Shown here in pieces: positions 27,924 through 38,555 of a DNA stretch of 64,000 nucleotides; position 1 is the first letter of the stretch, and every line of letters starts with the position of its first letter. This stretch comes from Candidatus Marinacidobacterales bacterium. GTDB taxonomy: Bacteria > Acidobacteriota > Vicinamibacteria > Marinacidobacterales > DATDRI01. A program made the position numbers and the translations under genes. The notes beneath the pieces were generated by a model that was not told where the DNA came from, searched no databases, and saw nothing but the letters and a program-made list of their open reading frames with translations. The stretch covers positions 64,001 to 128,000 of the forward strand of contig OZ245365.1 of assembly GCA_965226495.1 (NCBI GenBank), in the 5' to 3' direction.

Positions 27924-30530
27924 GTGGCTCTTAGCGCTGGTGAGCGTCTCGGTCCCTATGAAATCCTCGCACCTCTCGGTGCAGGTGGCATGGGTGAGGT
28001 CTACAAGGCCCAAGACACTCGGCTCGATCGCACCGTCGCCATCAAAGTTCTCCCTTCTCATGTAGCCGGCAACCCAGAAGTCCGCCAGAGATTCGAGCGA
28101 GAAGCCCGCGCCGTCTCGAGCTTGAACCATTCCCACATTTGCACGCTTTACGACATCGGCAGCGAGAATGGTGTCGACTTCATGGTCATGGAGCACATCG
28201 AGGGGGATACGCTCGCCGATCGATTGAGCAAAGGAGCGCTTCCTTTCGACCAGGCGCTGCGACGGGGGATCGAGATCGCCGACGCCCTGGACAAAGCGCA
28301 CCGTCAAGGCGTGGTCCACCGAGATCTGAAACCGGGCAATATCATGCTCACGAAGTCAGGCGCGAAACTACTCGACTTCGGCCTCGCGAAGATGACGGCG
28401 GCGGAAACGAATGCCGGTGGCGTATCGGCCTTGCCCACTGAAGCGAAGCCTCTTACTCAGGAAGGCTCGATCCTGGGAACCTTCCAGTACATGGCCCCGG
28501 AGCAGCTCGAGGGGAAGGAAGCTGACGCGCGGGCAGACCTCTTTGCGTTCGGAGCCGTCCTCTACGAAATGCTCACCGGGCGGAAGGTTTTCGAAGGAGA
28601 GAGTCAGGCTAGCCTCATCACCGCCATCATGAGCGCCGAGCCCGCGTCCGTTTCCGACCTTCAGCCTTTGACGCCGTTCGCTCTCGAGCGTCTCGTTAAG
28701 AGGTGCCTGGCGAAGGATCCCGAGGATCGCTGGCAGAGCGCGAGGGACGTGACGCTGGAGCTCGGATGGATTCGCGACAAGGGTGACGCGGACGCTTCGA
28801 CAACGGCGCCGGCCGGAGCACGAAGCCGTAAGCGACTCTCTTGGGCGCTTGTCCTCTTGCTTGCGGCCGCCATCGTAGGCGTTGTGGTTCATCGATTCAC
28901 GGAGCCCGATGCCCCACCGGTGATCCGGTTCCGAACCGAAGCCGGCGAGCTCAGTGTCACCAATGGGCAGTTCGTGAAGATCACACCCGATGGCAGGACC
29001 CTCGTCTATCGCGGCGAGCGGGACGGCGTCAGTCAGTTGTATCGACGCGCGCTCGACGAGATCGAAGGGACGCCGCTTCCCGGAACGGAAAATCCCAACA
29101 ATCTCTTCATTTCCCCGGACGGCCGGTGGGCTGGGTTCCTCCAGGTCGCGGATCTGCTCCTTAGGAAGGTGTCCCTTTCCGGCGGAGCTCCGGTGACGAT
29201 CTCCGAGTTGCCTGTGGCCGCAAGGGGAGTGAGCTGGGGCGACGACGATACGATCGTCTTCGGTTCTGACGGCGGGGGCCTGTGGCAGATACCCGCCCGC
29301 GGAGGCGAACCACAACCGCTCACCAACCCAGCCGAGGGACACGAGCACAACCGGCCCTTCCACTTGCCGGGAGCGAAGGGAGTCCTCTTCACGGTTTGGG
29401 CGGGAGGAACGAGCGAAGTTGCGGTCCTTCCCCCTGGAAGCAACGAGCCGCGGGTCCTCCTCGAAGGGACGACGCCCCAGCTCACCGCGTCCGGCCATCT
29501 GGTCTATCAGCGAGAGGGCGGCCTATGGGCGGTGGCGTTCGATTCCGATCGGTTGGCGATCAAAGGGACGCCCGCGCCGGTCGTCGAGGGCGTTCAGTTG
29601 ACGGGCAACACCGCGGCACAGTTCGCACTTTCTCATGAGGGTACTCTCGTGTACGTGCCGCCCGATGTGGGCGCCGCCTTCCGATTGGTTGGGGTCGACC
29701 GAGAGGGTAGCGTAACGCCGCTCTCTAAGAACCTTGAAGCCCTCGATCAGCCGAGACTATCCCCCGATGAGAGTCGCGTCGCTGTGGAGATGAACTCTCC
29801 CTTGACCGGCTTCGATTTGTGGCTCCATGACATCGAGCGTGGAACGCGCTCGCGCCTCACGGTGGATGGCGGAACCAACGCCGTCTGGTCGCCCGGAGGC
29901 GATCGGATCGCTTTTCGTCACTACGCGGGCAACTTGCTCACCATCTCCGCCGACGGAAGCGGGGAATCAGAGGTCCTTTATCGGCGTGACGACGGCGATC
30001 TTCTCCACCCTGTGCCATCCTCGTGGTCCCCGGATGGCCGATTCCTGGCTCTCGCGACCCTTGGAGGAGACATTTTTGTGTTGGCGCTCGGTGGCGAACC
30101 GGAACCCTTCCTCGCCACCGAGTTCACTGAGCGAAACCCGATGTTCTCTCCCGACGGGCGCTTCCTCGCGTACGTCTCGGACGAGACGGGGCGGAACGAG
30201 GTCTACGTTCGGCAATTCCCCGGCCCGGGAGGAAAGTGGACCCTCTCGATCGACGGCGGTACGTTGCCCGTTTGGTCCAAGGATGGAAGTGAGCTCTTCT
30301 ATCGGGAGGGCAACCGGATCATGGAGGTTAGTATCCAAAAGGAGCCCACGTTCTCCGCTGATGCGCCACGCGTCGTCCTCGACATTGGATTCGCGGCAGA
30401 GCCGCCCACGTTCGACGTCTCTCGCGATGGAGAGCGCTTTCTCATGATTCAACGGGATGCTAGCTCGAAGAGAAGCTTGGTAGTCGTTCTCAACTGGTTC
30501 GAGGAACTGAAGCGCCTCGTTCCAAAGTAA
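27924..30530 (+). CDS. Hanks-type Ser/Thr kinase with TM helix and TolB/PD40 beta-propeller
   Basis: GAGGMG, VAIK, HRDLKPGN, DFG, YMAPE; repeated WSPDG/FSPDG blades. Confidence 0.93.
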   Translation: MALSAGERLGPYEILAPLGAGGMGEVYKAQDTRLDRTVAIKVLPSHVAGNPEVRQRFEREARAVSSLNHSHICTLYDIGSENGVDFMVMEHIEGDTLADRLSKGALPFDQALRRGIEIADALDKAHRQGVVHRDLKPGNIMLTKSGAKLLDFGLAKMTAAETNAGGVSALPTEAKPLTQEGSILGTFQYMAPEQLEGKEADARADLFAFGAVLYEMLTGRKVFEGESQASLITAIMSAEPASVSDLQPLTPFALERLVKRCLAKDPEDRWQSARDVTLELGWIRDKGDADASTTAPAGARSRKRLSWALVLLLAAAIVGVVVHRFTEPDAPPVIRFRTEAGELSVTNGQFVKITPDGRTLVYRGERDGVSQLYRRALDEIEGTPLPGTENPNNLFISPDGRWAGFLQVADLLLRKVSLSGGAPVTISELPVAARGVSWGDDDTIVFGSDGGGLWQIPARGGEPQPLTNPAEGHEHNRPFHLPGAKGVLFTVWAGGTSEVAVLPPGSNEPRVLLEGTTPQLTASGHLVYQREGGLWAVAFDSDRLAIKGTPAPVVEGVQLTGNTAAQFALSHEGTLVYVPPDVGAAFRLVGVDREGSVTPLSKNLEALDQPRLSPDESRVAVEMNSPLTGFDLWLHDIERGTRSRLTVDGGTNAVWSPGGDRIAFRHYAGNLLTISADGSGESEVLYRRDDGDLLHPVPSSWSPDGRFLALATLGGDIFVLALGGEPEPFLATEFTERNPMFSPDGRFLAYVSDETGRNEVYVRQFPGPGGKWTLSIDGGTLPVWSKDGSELFYREGNRIMEVSIQKEPTFSADAPRVVLDIGFAAEPPTFDVSRDGERFLMIQRDASSKRSLVVVLNWFEELKRLVPK

Positions 30531-30744
30531 AAAAAACATATTTTCCCTTGACAAGATTCTCGTAACAGACTTTCCGATCTCCTCGATTGCCTCCGCAGCG
30601 CCATCTCTCGAGTGTGCGTTGACGTTCTAGTCAACGTCTAGAAGTTTCGAGACAAAAACTTCGTCGAAGTACGTTCCTTTCGACTCACGTCATCTCCAGG
30701 CCAAAAAAAGTGCGTTGTTATATTGCTTGTGGGGGTAACGAGAT

Positions 30745-31824
30745 ATGTTTAGCAAATTACTAAGATCGATTTCGGATGATGAGCTACTCCACAGCTTGTC
30801 CGGGCTGGTGCATCAATCACGACGCGTCGAGTCGGAGTTGGTCGCACACATCGCCGAGGTGGACGAGCGGCGTTTGTATGCCCGGGAAGCGTGCTCGTCG
30901 ATGTTCACTTATTGCATCGAGGTCCTACATATGTCGGAGGCCGAGGCCTATCTCCGAATTCGAGCCGCCCGTGCATCGCGAAAACACCCAGAGCTCCTGG
31001 CCATGCTGAAGGACGGGCGCATTCATCTGACCGGCGTCGCCAAGCTCTCGCCGTACCTCACCGAGGCGAATCGGGAGACGGTTCTGTCGCGTGCTGCTCA
31101 TAAGTCCAAGGCAAGGATCGAAGAGCTGGTGGCGGAGATTGCACCGAAGCCCGATGTTGCCCCCGCGATACGCAAGCTTCCCGCACAACTGCGCCCAGAC
31201 GCAGTTGGCCCTTCGCCCGCGCCTCCCGTCGTCCCAGTCGCTAGGCCCGCAGCGATTAAGCCACTGGCGCCAGCGCGTTACAAGGTCCAGTTCACGGCCA
31301 GCGCCGAGCTGAAGGACAAGATCGAGCGCCTGCGCGGGCTCATGCGCGGCTCGGTGCCCGACGGCGATTTGGCGGCGATCATCGAGGAAGCCGTGACGGA
31401 GAAGCTCGAGCGGCTCGAGGCGAAGCGTCTTGGCAAGACGAAAGCGCCCAGGAAGAGCGTCGAAGAGACCGATACGTCGCCGTCGTCACGTTATATCCCG
31501 GCCGCGGTGAGGCGTGCCGTGAGCGAGCGGGACCGGAATCAGTGCACCTTTGTGGACGCGCGGGGTAAGCGCTGTAGTGAGCGATCCCAACTTCAGTTTC
31601 ACCACAACCAGCCCTATGCCCGTGGAGGCGACCACAGTGTCGAGAACATCCAAGTGATGTGCTCCACGCACAACCAGCATCTCGCCGAGTACGACTATAG
31701 CAAAGAAACAATGGAGCGATACCGTATCCGGGAGCCCGACCCCGTCTACGACTCGCTGGTCATAATAAATAGCGGCTTGCCGTCGAACTTGTCGAAGATG
31801 GGTCGTAGTCGGTCGGTGTCGTAG
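30745..31824 (+). CDS. DUF222-like HNH endonuclease
   Basis: N-terminal LVAHIAEVDERRLY..SSMF.YC; C-terminal RYIPAAVRRAV.ERD..QC..C...FHH..P.A.GG.....N....C..HN. The last 79 nt overlap pfkA. Confidence 0.85.
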   Translation: MFSKLLRSISDDELLHSLSGLVHQSRRVESELVAHIAEVDERRLYAREACSSMFTYCIEVLHMSEAEAYLRIRAARASRKHPELLAMLKDGRIHLTGVAKLSPYLTEANRETVLSRAAHKSKARIEELVAEIAPKPDVAPAIRKLPAQLRPDAVGPSPAPPVVPVARPAAIKPLAPARYKVQFTASAELKDKIERLRGLMRGSVPDGDLAAIIEEAVTEKLERLEAKRLGKTKAPRKSVEETDTSPSSRYIPAAVRRAVSERDRNQCTFVDARGKRCSERSQLQFHHNQPYARGGDHSVENIQVMCSTHNQHLAEYDYSKETMERYRIREPDPVYDSLVIINSGLPSNLSKMGRSRSVS

Positions 31825-32942
31825 TACTTCTCTACGTTCACGACCTTCTTCTTACTGGTCACGACATCGAGCGGGACGCTGTCGTAACGTCCGTTTCGAA
31901 CCGAGACCAACTTGCCTTCCACACCCCGAAGGACGAGATCCATCGCTAGGTTGCCGAATGCCATCGGTACGATGGAGTCCATCGCGTCGGGGTTGCCGCA
32001 GCGGACGAGGTAGCCTAGCCGTTGGTTGATGACGTTGATGCGGCGTCCCTTGTTGAATTTCGGCGAAAGGTCCTTCAGTTTTTCCGAGACGATGTCGCCG
32101 ATGCCTCCCAGTTTCTTGTGACCGTATGGGTCCTTCTCTTCTTTGTCGTAAACCATCTCCGACCCATTGAAGGTGGCTCCTTCGGAGACGATCACGACGG
32201 AGTATTTGCTGGGATTCGAATAACGGTCTGCCGTCAAGAGTTCACAGAGGCGCTCGATGTCGTATTGGTGCTCGGGGATTACACAGCGATTGGCGGCACC
32301 GGCCATGGTGGGGATCAAAGACGTGAATCCCGCGTAGCGTCCAAAGACCTCGATCACGAGGAAGCGCTCGTGGCTTCCAGCCGTGGTTCGTAAGGCGTGA
32401 GTCATCTCGATGGTGCGGGTCACGCACGTGCTGAAGCCAATGCAGTAGTCGGTTCCGGGAACGTCGTTGTCCATGGTTTTCGGAATCGCGATGATGCCGA
32501 CGCCTTGTTGGTGGAGCCTCGCCGCGTAGGAGAGGGTGTCGTCTCCTCCGATAGGGATCAGCGTGTCGACGCCGAGCCAGTCGAGGTTGGCGAGGACCTC
32601 GCCGGTGACATCGTTCATTTCATCTGTGTAGCGCTCTTTGAGGTGCTCCGGGACACTCGCGAGGGGCAGGTGGCTCGGGCGTGTCCGAGAGGAATGGAGG
32701 AACGTACCGCCGGTGCGGCCCACCTTGTTGACGACTTCTTCGGTGAGCTCGATGACCTGCTCGTAGGAGGGCACCATGCTGTCGCGCACTAAATCAACGA
32801 GCCCCGCCCATCCGCGGCGGATGCCGAGTACCCGGTAGCCTTCCCTAAGCGCCCGGATCGTCAAGGCTCGGATCGCGGGGTTCAGTCCGGGTACGTCGCC
32901 GCCCCCAGTTAGAATGGCAATGGTGCCTTTTCGGTTACTCAT
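31746..32942 (-). CDS. pfkA: 6-phosphofructokinase, probably PPi-dependent
   Basis: TGGGDVPGLN, GGT.L.SSR, GGDDT and PKTMDND (Asp/Lys signature of PPi use), EVFGR. Confidence 0.92.
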   Translation of the reverse strand: MSNRKGTIAILTGGGDVPGLNPAIRALTIRALREGYRVLGIRRGWAGLVDLVRDSMVPSYEQVIELTEEVVNKVGRTGGTFLHSSRTRPSHLPLASVPEHLKERYTDEMNDVTGEVLANLDWLGVDTLIPIGGDDTLSYAARLHQQGVGIIAIPKTMDNDVPGTDYCIGFSTCVTRTIEMTHALRTTAGSHERFLVIEVFGRYAGFTSLIPTMAGAANRCVIPEHQYDIERLCELLTADRYSNPSKYSVVIVSEGATFNGSEMVYDKEEKDPYGHKKLGGIGDIVSEKLKDLSPKFNKGRRINVINQRLGYLVRCGNPDAMDSIVPMAFGNLAMDLVLRGVEGKLVSVRNGRYDSVPLDVVTSKKKVVNVEKYYDTDRLRPIFDKFDGKPLFIMTSES

Positions 32943-33027
32943 ATTTCGGTGGGTTTTGCGAGGGACATTCTATTCTAACCACCCAATTGGACTTTCGTCA
33001 ATAAGATGACTAAAATCAATAGTTTGT

Positions 33028-34731
33028 ATGAATAGAAGATTACAAGAGCGGAATCGAGAGCTGCTTCGGGGCGAGATCGGGACGGTCTTCAAGCCCCACG
33101 CGGGAAAGCTCCGCGTGGCGATCGGTTACCCCAACACCTACTACATCGGGATGTCGAACGTCGGTTTCCAGGCTGTTTATCGGTTCTGGAATGATGAGCC
33201 CAATGTGGTCTGCGAGCGCTTTTTTCTGCCCGACCATGGCGACGTCGACGGGCTCCGCAATAGAGGAGAGTCGCTCACCACCCTAGAGTCCGGGACCCCG
33301 GTGCGTGACTTCGATGTCGTGGCCTTCTCCATCACCTTCGAGCCGGACGAGCTGAACTTGATCTCGATGCTGGACTTGGCCCGCATTCCACCTCTGGCCG
33401 AGGAACGAGATGAGAGAGATCCCCTGGTTCTGGCCGGCGGCCCGGTGACATTCTTGAACCCGGAACCCTTGGCACCCTTTCTGGATTTGATCGCGGTGGG
33501 AGAGGCCGAAGCACTGCTTCGCCCCTTGACCGATGCGATGAGAACCGACATATCCCGGGCGGAGTTGTTCCGCCAACTGGAGGCTGTTGGAGGTTTCTAC
33601 GTGCCAAGCCACTTCGAGATCGGCTATCACTCCGACGGGACCATCGCGCACCGTCTGAACAAGGTGTCCGAGGACAACCGGGTGGTGCGCGCGAAGATGG
33701 GCAAGCGAGCCGATTTGCCGCCCCCGGCAACATACGTTCTAACTTCCGCGACGGAGATGTCGAAGAAATTTCTGGTCGAGGTTTCTCGGGGATGTCCGAC
33801 CCTGTGTCGGTTCTGCTGGGCGGGATACAACTACCTACCCAAGCGGTCTTTCGAGCTCGAAAAAATCTTAGAAGCCTCGCGACAAGCGAGGCATCACACG
33901 TCGGAGATCGGTCTGGTCTCGACCGCGGTCGGAGCTCACCGCGAGATCGTTCCTTTGGTGAACGGCCTCTTAGAAATGGGCTTTCGGGTCAGCGTCTCGT
34001 CGCTCCGATTCGAAGACTTGCGTCCGGAGCTCCTCGATCCGCTCGTGGGAAGCGGCGAGCGGACTCTTGCGGTAGCGCCGGAGGCCGGGACCGATCGGCT
34101 GCGTTTCGCCATCCACAAACGGATTCCCAACACCGAGATCCTGGAGAAGACCGACATGATCTTCTCGCGCGGCGTGGAGAACCTCAAGCTCTACTTGATG
34201 GTGGGACTCCCGGGCGAGCGTGAAGAAGACGTCGAGGGTATCGTCACTTTGGTCGAGTCCATTCGTAACCAGATGCTAGAGCATGGCCGTCGACGTGGCC
34301 GCCTGGGCAAGATCATCCCCAGCATCAACCCTTTTATTCCCAAGCCGGGGACACCCTTTCAGTGGTGCCCGATGGCTTCTCAAAAGGAATTGAATCGCAA
34401 GATGCGTTTCCTTCAGAAGTCGCTGGGGCGGATCCCTAACGTAGAGCCGCGCTGCAAATCCCCCCGACTCGAAAAGCTGCAGGCGATCTTGGCGCTCGGT
34501 GACCGCCGACTGGCTCCCGCCATGCTGCGAATGGCGAGAGGGGAAGCCGATTTGAGTCGCGCGCTCGCGCTCGAGGGGCTCGACTTGAGTTTCTACATTC
34601 ATCGAGAGCGTCCGCTGGACGAGATTCTGCCCTGGGATCACATCGATAACGGCATGAAGAGCGAGCTCCTCGAAACGCAGTACCGGAAGGCCGGGGTCGC
34701 TCATTCGATGACCACCAGCGCCACCGCGTAG
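33028..34731 (+). CDS. Radical SAM protein (TIGR03960/YhcC-like)
   Basis: YPNTYYIGMSN.G, NPEPL, CPTLCRFC, F.PKPGTPFQW, LPWDHID. Confidence 0.85.
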   Translation: MNRRLQERNRELLRGEIGTVFKPHAGKLRVAIGYPNTYYIGMSNVGFQAVYRFWNDEPNVVCERFFLPDHGDVDGLRNRGESLTTLESGTPVRDFDVVAFSITFEPDELNLISMLDLARIPPLAEERDERDPLVLAGGPVTFLNPEPLAPFLDLIAVGEAEALLRPLTDAMRTDISRAELFRQLEAVGGFYVPSHFEIGYHSDGTIAHRLNKVSEDNRVVRAKMGKRADLPPPATYVLTSATEMSKKFLVEVSRGCPTLCRFCWAGYNYLPKRSFELEKILEASRQARHHTSEIGLVSTAVGAHREIVPLVNGLLEMGFRVSVSSLRFEDLRPELLDPLVGSGERTLAVAPEAGTDRLRFAIHKRIPNTEILEKTDMIFSRGVENLKLYLMVGLPGEREEDVEGIVTLVESIRNQMLEHGRRRGRLGKIIPSINPFIPKPGTPFQWCPMASQKELNRKMRFLQKSLGRIPNVEPRCKSPRLEKLQAILALGDRRLAPAMLRMARGEADLSRALALEGLDLSFYIHRERPLDEILPWDHIDNGMKSELLETQYRKAGVAHSMTTSATA

Positions 34732-35033
34732 TCTCCGCTGTGACTAATGCTGACGTGGCTTTTCGCGCCGGCGGTCGTTTTCTTTTTCGCCTCGCCATGG
34801 AGCTTCAAGGTAGGGGCTTGGCCGGGTTCGCGGGCGACTTCGACATCGCCGACCGCCTCGTCCCCGCCGAGGCCGAGCGCAAGGCAGGCGGCTCGCTTGG
34901 CCGCATAGCGGCCGGCTAGATGAGGGTGAGGGTTGCGGCGCTTCAAACAGTAGCGCCGCTCAGGCTCGGTGTAGACGGGGCTTTCGGGTGGAGGTGTTTC
35001 GTCGAGGGTTGCCAGGTAGAGCCCGATTCTCAT
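34701..35033 (-). CDS. AcpS-like 4'-phosphopantetheinyl transferase homologue lacking catalytic acidic residues
   Basis: YT..E..YC, LAGRYAAK.A, G.P.L.L.G and SISHS..YAVA.V.IE fit AcpS, but G.D is GLY and KEA is KRA. Confidence 0.7.
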   Translation of the reverse strand: MRIGLYLATLDETPPPESPVYTEPERRYCLKRRNPHPHLAGRYAAKRAACLALGLGGDEAVGDVEVAREPGQAPTLKLHGEAKKKTTAGAKSHVSISHSGDYAVALVVIE

Positions 35034-35046
35034 CTTACTAGTTACC

Positions 35047-35124
35047 CCCCTCACCCGGCGTCTGGCTCCGTTGATAGCGGCACGACGTTTTTTGACGCCC
35101 GGAATTCCCCCAAGGGGGAGAGGG
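35047..35124. repeat. REP-like element, family B (extended)
   Basis: cccctcaccc ... cccccaagggggagaggg between the divergent acpS-like and pgeF genes. Confidence 0.55.
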
Positions 35125-35163
35125 AATAAAGGACGGCAGCCAGCATCGATTAGCCTATAAGCA

Positions 35164-35931
35164 ATGAACGATCATTTCCAGCGACGCTCCATCGGAAGCG
35201 CAGAGCCGATCGATGTGGTGGTTTGCAAGCCCCTTGCCGACCGAGGCGTACCGCACGGATTCAGCTTGCGGTGGCGGAACGTGGGGAATGAGGAGCCATT
35301 CGGAGCTCGAGACCGTGGTGGTCAAGATCGAGCAGACCTTGCGCGCGCTCTGGGACTCGAGGCGGTGGCTCACATGCGTCAGGTGCACGGCTCGGTCGTC
35401 CAGGCGATCGATGAACCCCCACCCACTCTTCCGATCTGCGATGGGCTAGCCACGACGAGGAAGGGGCTCGCCCTGATCGTCCAGACCGCAGACTGCGTTC
35501 CGCTCGTCCTTTGGGACGAGGACAAAGGAGCGGTTGCCGCCGTCCACGCCGGTTGGAGGGGTGCGCTAGCGGGAGTCTCTCGCTCCGCGGCGGCGTTTCT
35601 AGTAAAGAGGTTCGGCTCGCGGGCAGAGTCGATCCACGTAGCGATGGGACCGTCCATTGGTGCCTGTTGCTATGAAGTCGGCGAGGAGGTAGTTCGGGCT
35701 TTCGACGAACATGTCTCTTACCCTAACGAACTCTTTTCATCCGGCCCACGCGGGAAGAGCCACTTGAATTTGATCGAGGCCAACTTCCGGCAGCTCGCCG
35801 AGCAGGGAGTTCCGCGAGAGCAGATCTATTCGAGCGGCATGTGCACGTCTTGCGACAATGGAGAACTCTATTCTTACCGCAAGGAGGGTAAGGGCGTGGG
35901 GAGATTGATGGGAGTCATCGGCGCCGGCTGA
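35164..35931 (+). CDS. pgeF: PgeF/YfiH laccase-domain protein
   Basis: QVHG, TADCVP, HAGWRG, GPSIG.CCYEV, CT.C, YSYR. Confidence 0.93.
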   Translation: MNDHFQRRSIGSAEPIDVVVCKPLADRGVPHGFSLRWRNVGNEEPFGARDRGGQDRADLARALGLEAVAHMRQVHGSVVQAIDEPPPTLPICDGLATTRKGLALIVQTADCVPLVLWDEDKGAVAAVHAGWRGALAGVSRSAAAFLVKRFGSRAESIHVAMGPSIGACCYEVGEEVVRAFDEHVSYPNELFSSGPRGKSHLNLIEANFRQLAEQGVPREQIYSSGMCTSCDNGELYSYRKEGKGVGRLMGVIGAG

Positions 35932-35952
35932 GCCGGCCAGGACACTAGAGAA

Positions 35953-36711
35953 CTATGTGCTCTGCGTCGATTGATCCGATTGTGCCTCGCCGCCAGGGCC
36001 CGGGGGCGGGCCTAGGTAGTACATGATACGGCCGCAGCTGTCGCAGCTCAGGATCTCTTTCCCCACACGGATCTCGTTGTAGACCTGCGGCCGAAGTCGC
36101 ACATGGCAGACGTCACAATGCTCGTCCTTGGCCTCCGCCATGGCGATGCCGCTCCGCGCGTCCGATACCTTGCGATATTGCGCCAGGAGACCGGCGTCGA
36201 TCGTCGCCAGCAGTTTCTCTCGCTCGGAGGTCTCCGTTTCGAGCTCGGAGCGGAGGCGAGTCGCTTCTGTTTCTAGATCGGCCTCCATGGAGGTCATTTT
36301 TTTTTGTCCTTCTTCCAACTCTTTCTGGCGTAGCTTCAGCTGCTCTTGAAGTCGGTCGGCTTCGTCCATTCCAACGAGGATGTCCTCTTCCTTCTTGCCG
36401 ATTTCTTCCTCGCTATTCTCGATCTGCTTTTGCATCGCCTTGTACTCATCGTTGGTCTTTACTTGCATCAGCTGATCTTTGTACTTCGCGAGCGACGTTT
36501 CCATGTGTTCCAGCTCTCCCTCCATGGTACGCCGTTGTTTCTGCGACTCGCCCAGACGGTCCTCGGCAGCTTTGACGTTCGCTCGCTCGGTGGCAATTTC
36601 TTTTTCCAGCTCCTCCACCTCGACCGGAATGCGTGCGAGCCGGGTTTCGATAGCTCGTATCTGAAGGTCGAGCTTCTGTAGGGTGATTAAGTTCTCGAGC
36701 TCTGGAATCAT
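35953..36711 (-). CDS. Coiled-coil protein with C4 zinc ribbon (DUF164/CT398 family)
   Basis: LQKLD start, long heptad region, CDVCH..CDSCGR. Confidence 0.88.
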   Translation of the reverse strand: MIPELENLITLQKLDLQIRAIETRLARIPVEVEELEKEIATERANVKAAEDRLGESQKQRRTMEGELEHMETSLAKYKDQLMQVKTNDEYKAMQKQIENSEEEIGKKEEDILVGMDEADRLQEQLKLRQKELEEGQKKMTSMEADLETEATRLRSELETETSEREKLLATIDAGLLAQYRKVSDARSGIAMAEAKDEHCDVCHVRLRPQVYNEIRVGKEILSCDSCGRIMYYLGPPPGPGGEAQSDQSTQST

Positions 36712-36724
36712 TGCACCACGAAAC

Positions 36725-36801
36725 TGGTGGGCCCACTAGGACTTGAACCTAGGACCAACCGGTTATGAGCCGGTGGCTCTAACCAACTGAGCTATGGGCC
36801 C
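36725..36801 (-). tRNA. tRNA with CAT anticodon, most likely tRNA-Ile2 (lysidine)
   Basis: GGGCCCATAGCTCAGTTGGTTAGAGCCACCGGCTCATAACCGGTTGGTCCTAGGTTCAAGTCCTAGTGGGCCCACCA: 77-nt cloverleaf with encoded CCA; G1-C72 pair excludes initiator; position after rpoD is typical of Ile2. Confidence 0.93.
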
Positions 36802-36821
36802 GTCCTCTTCAATAATACACT

Positions 36822-38551
<1,730 letters not shown>

Positions 38552-38555
<4 letters not shown>

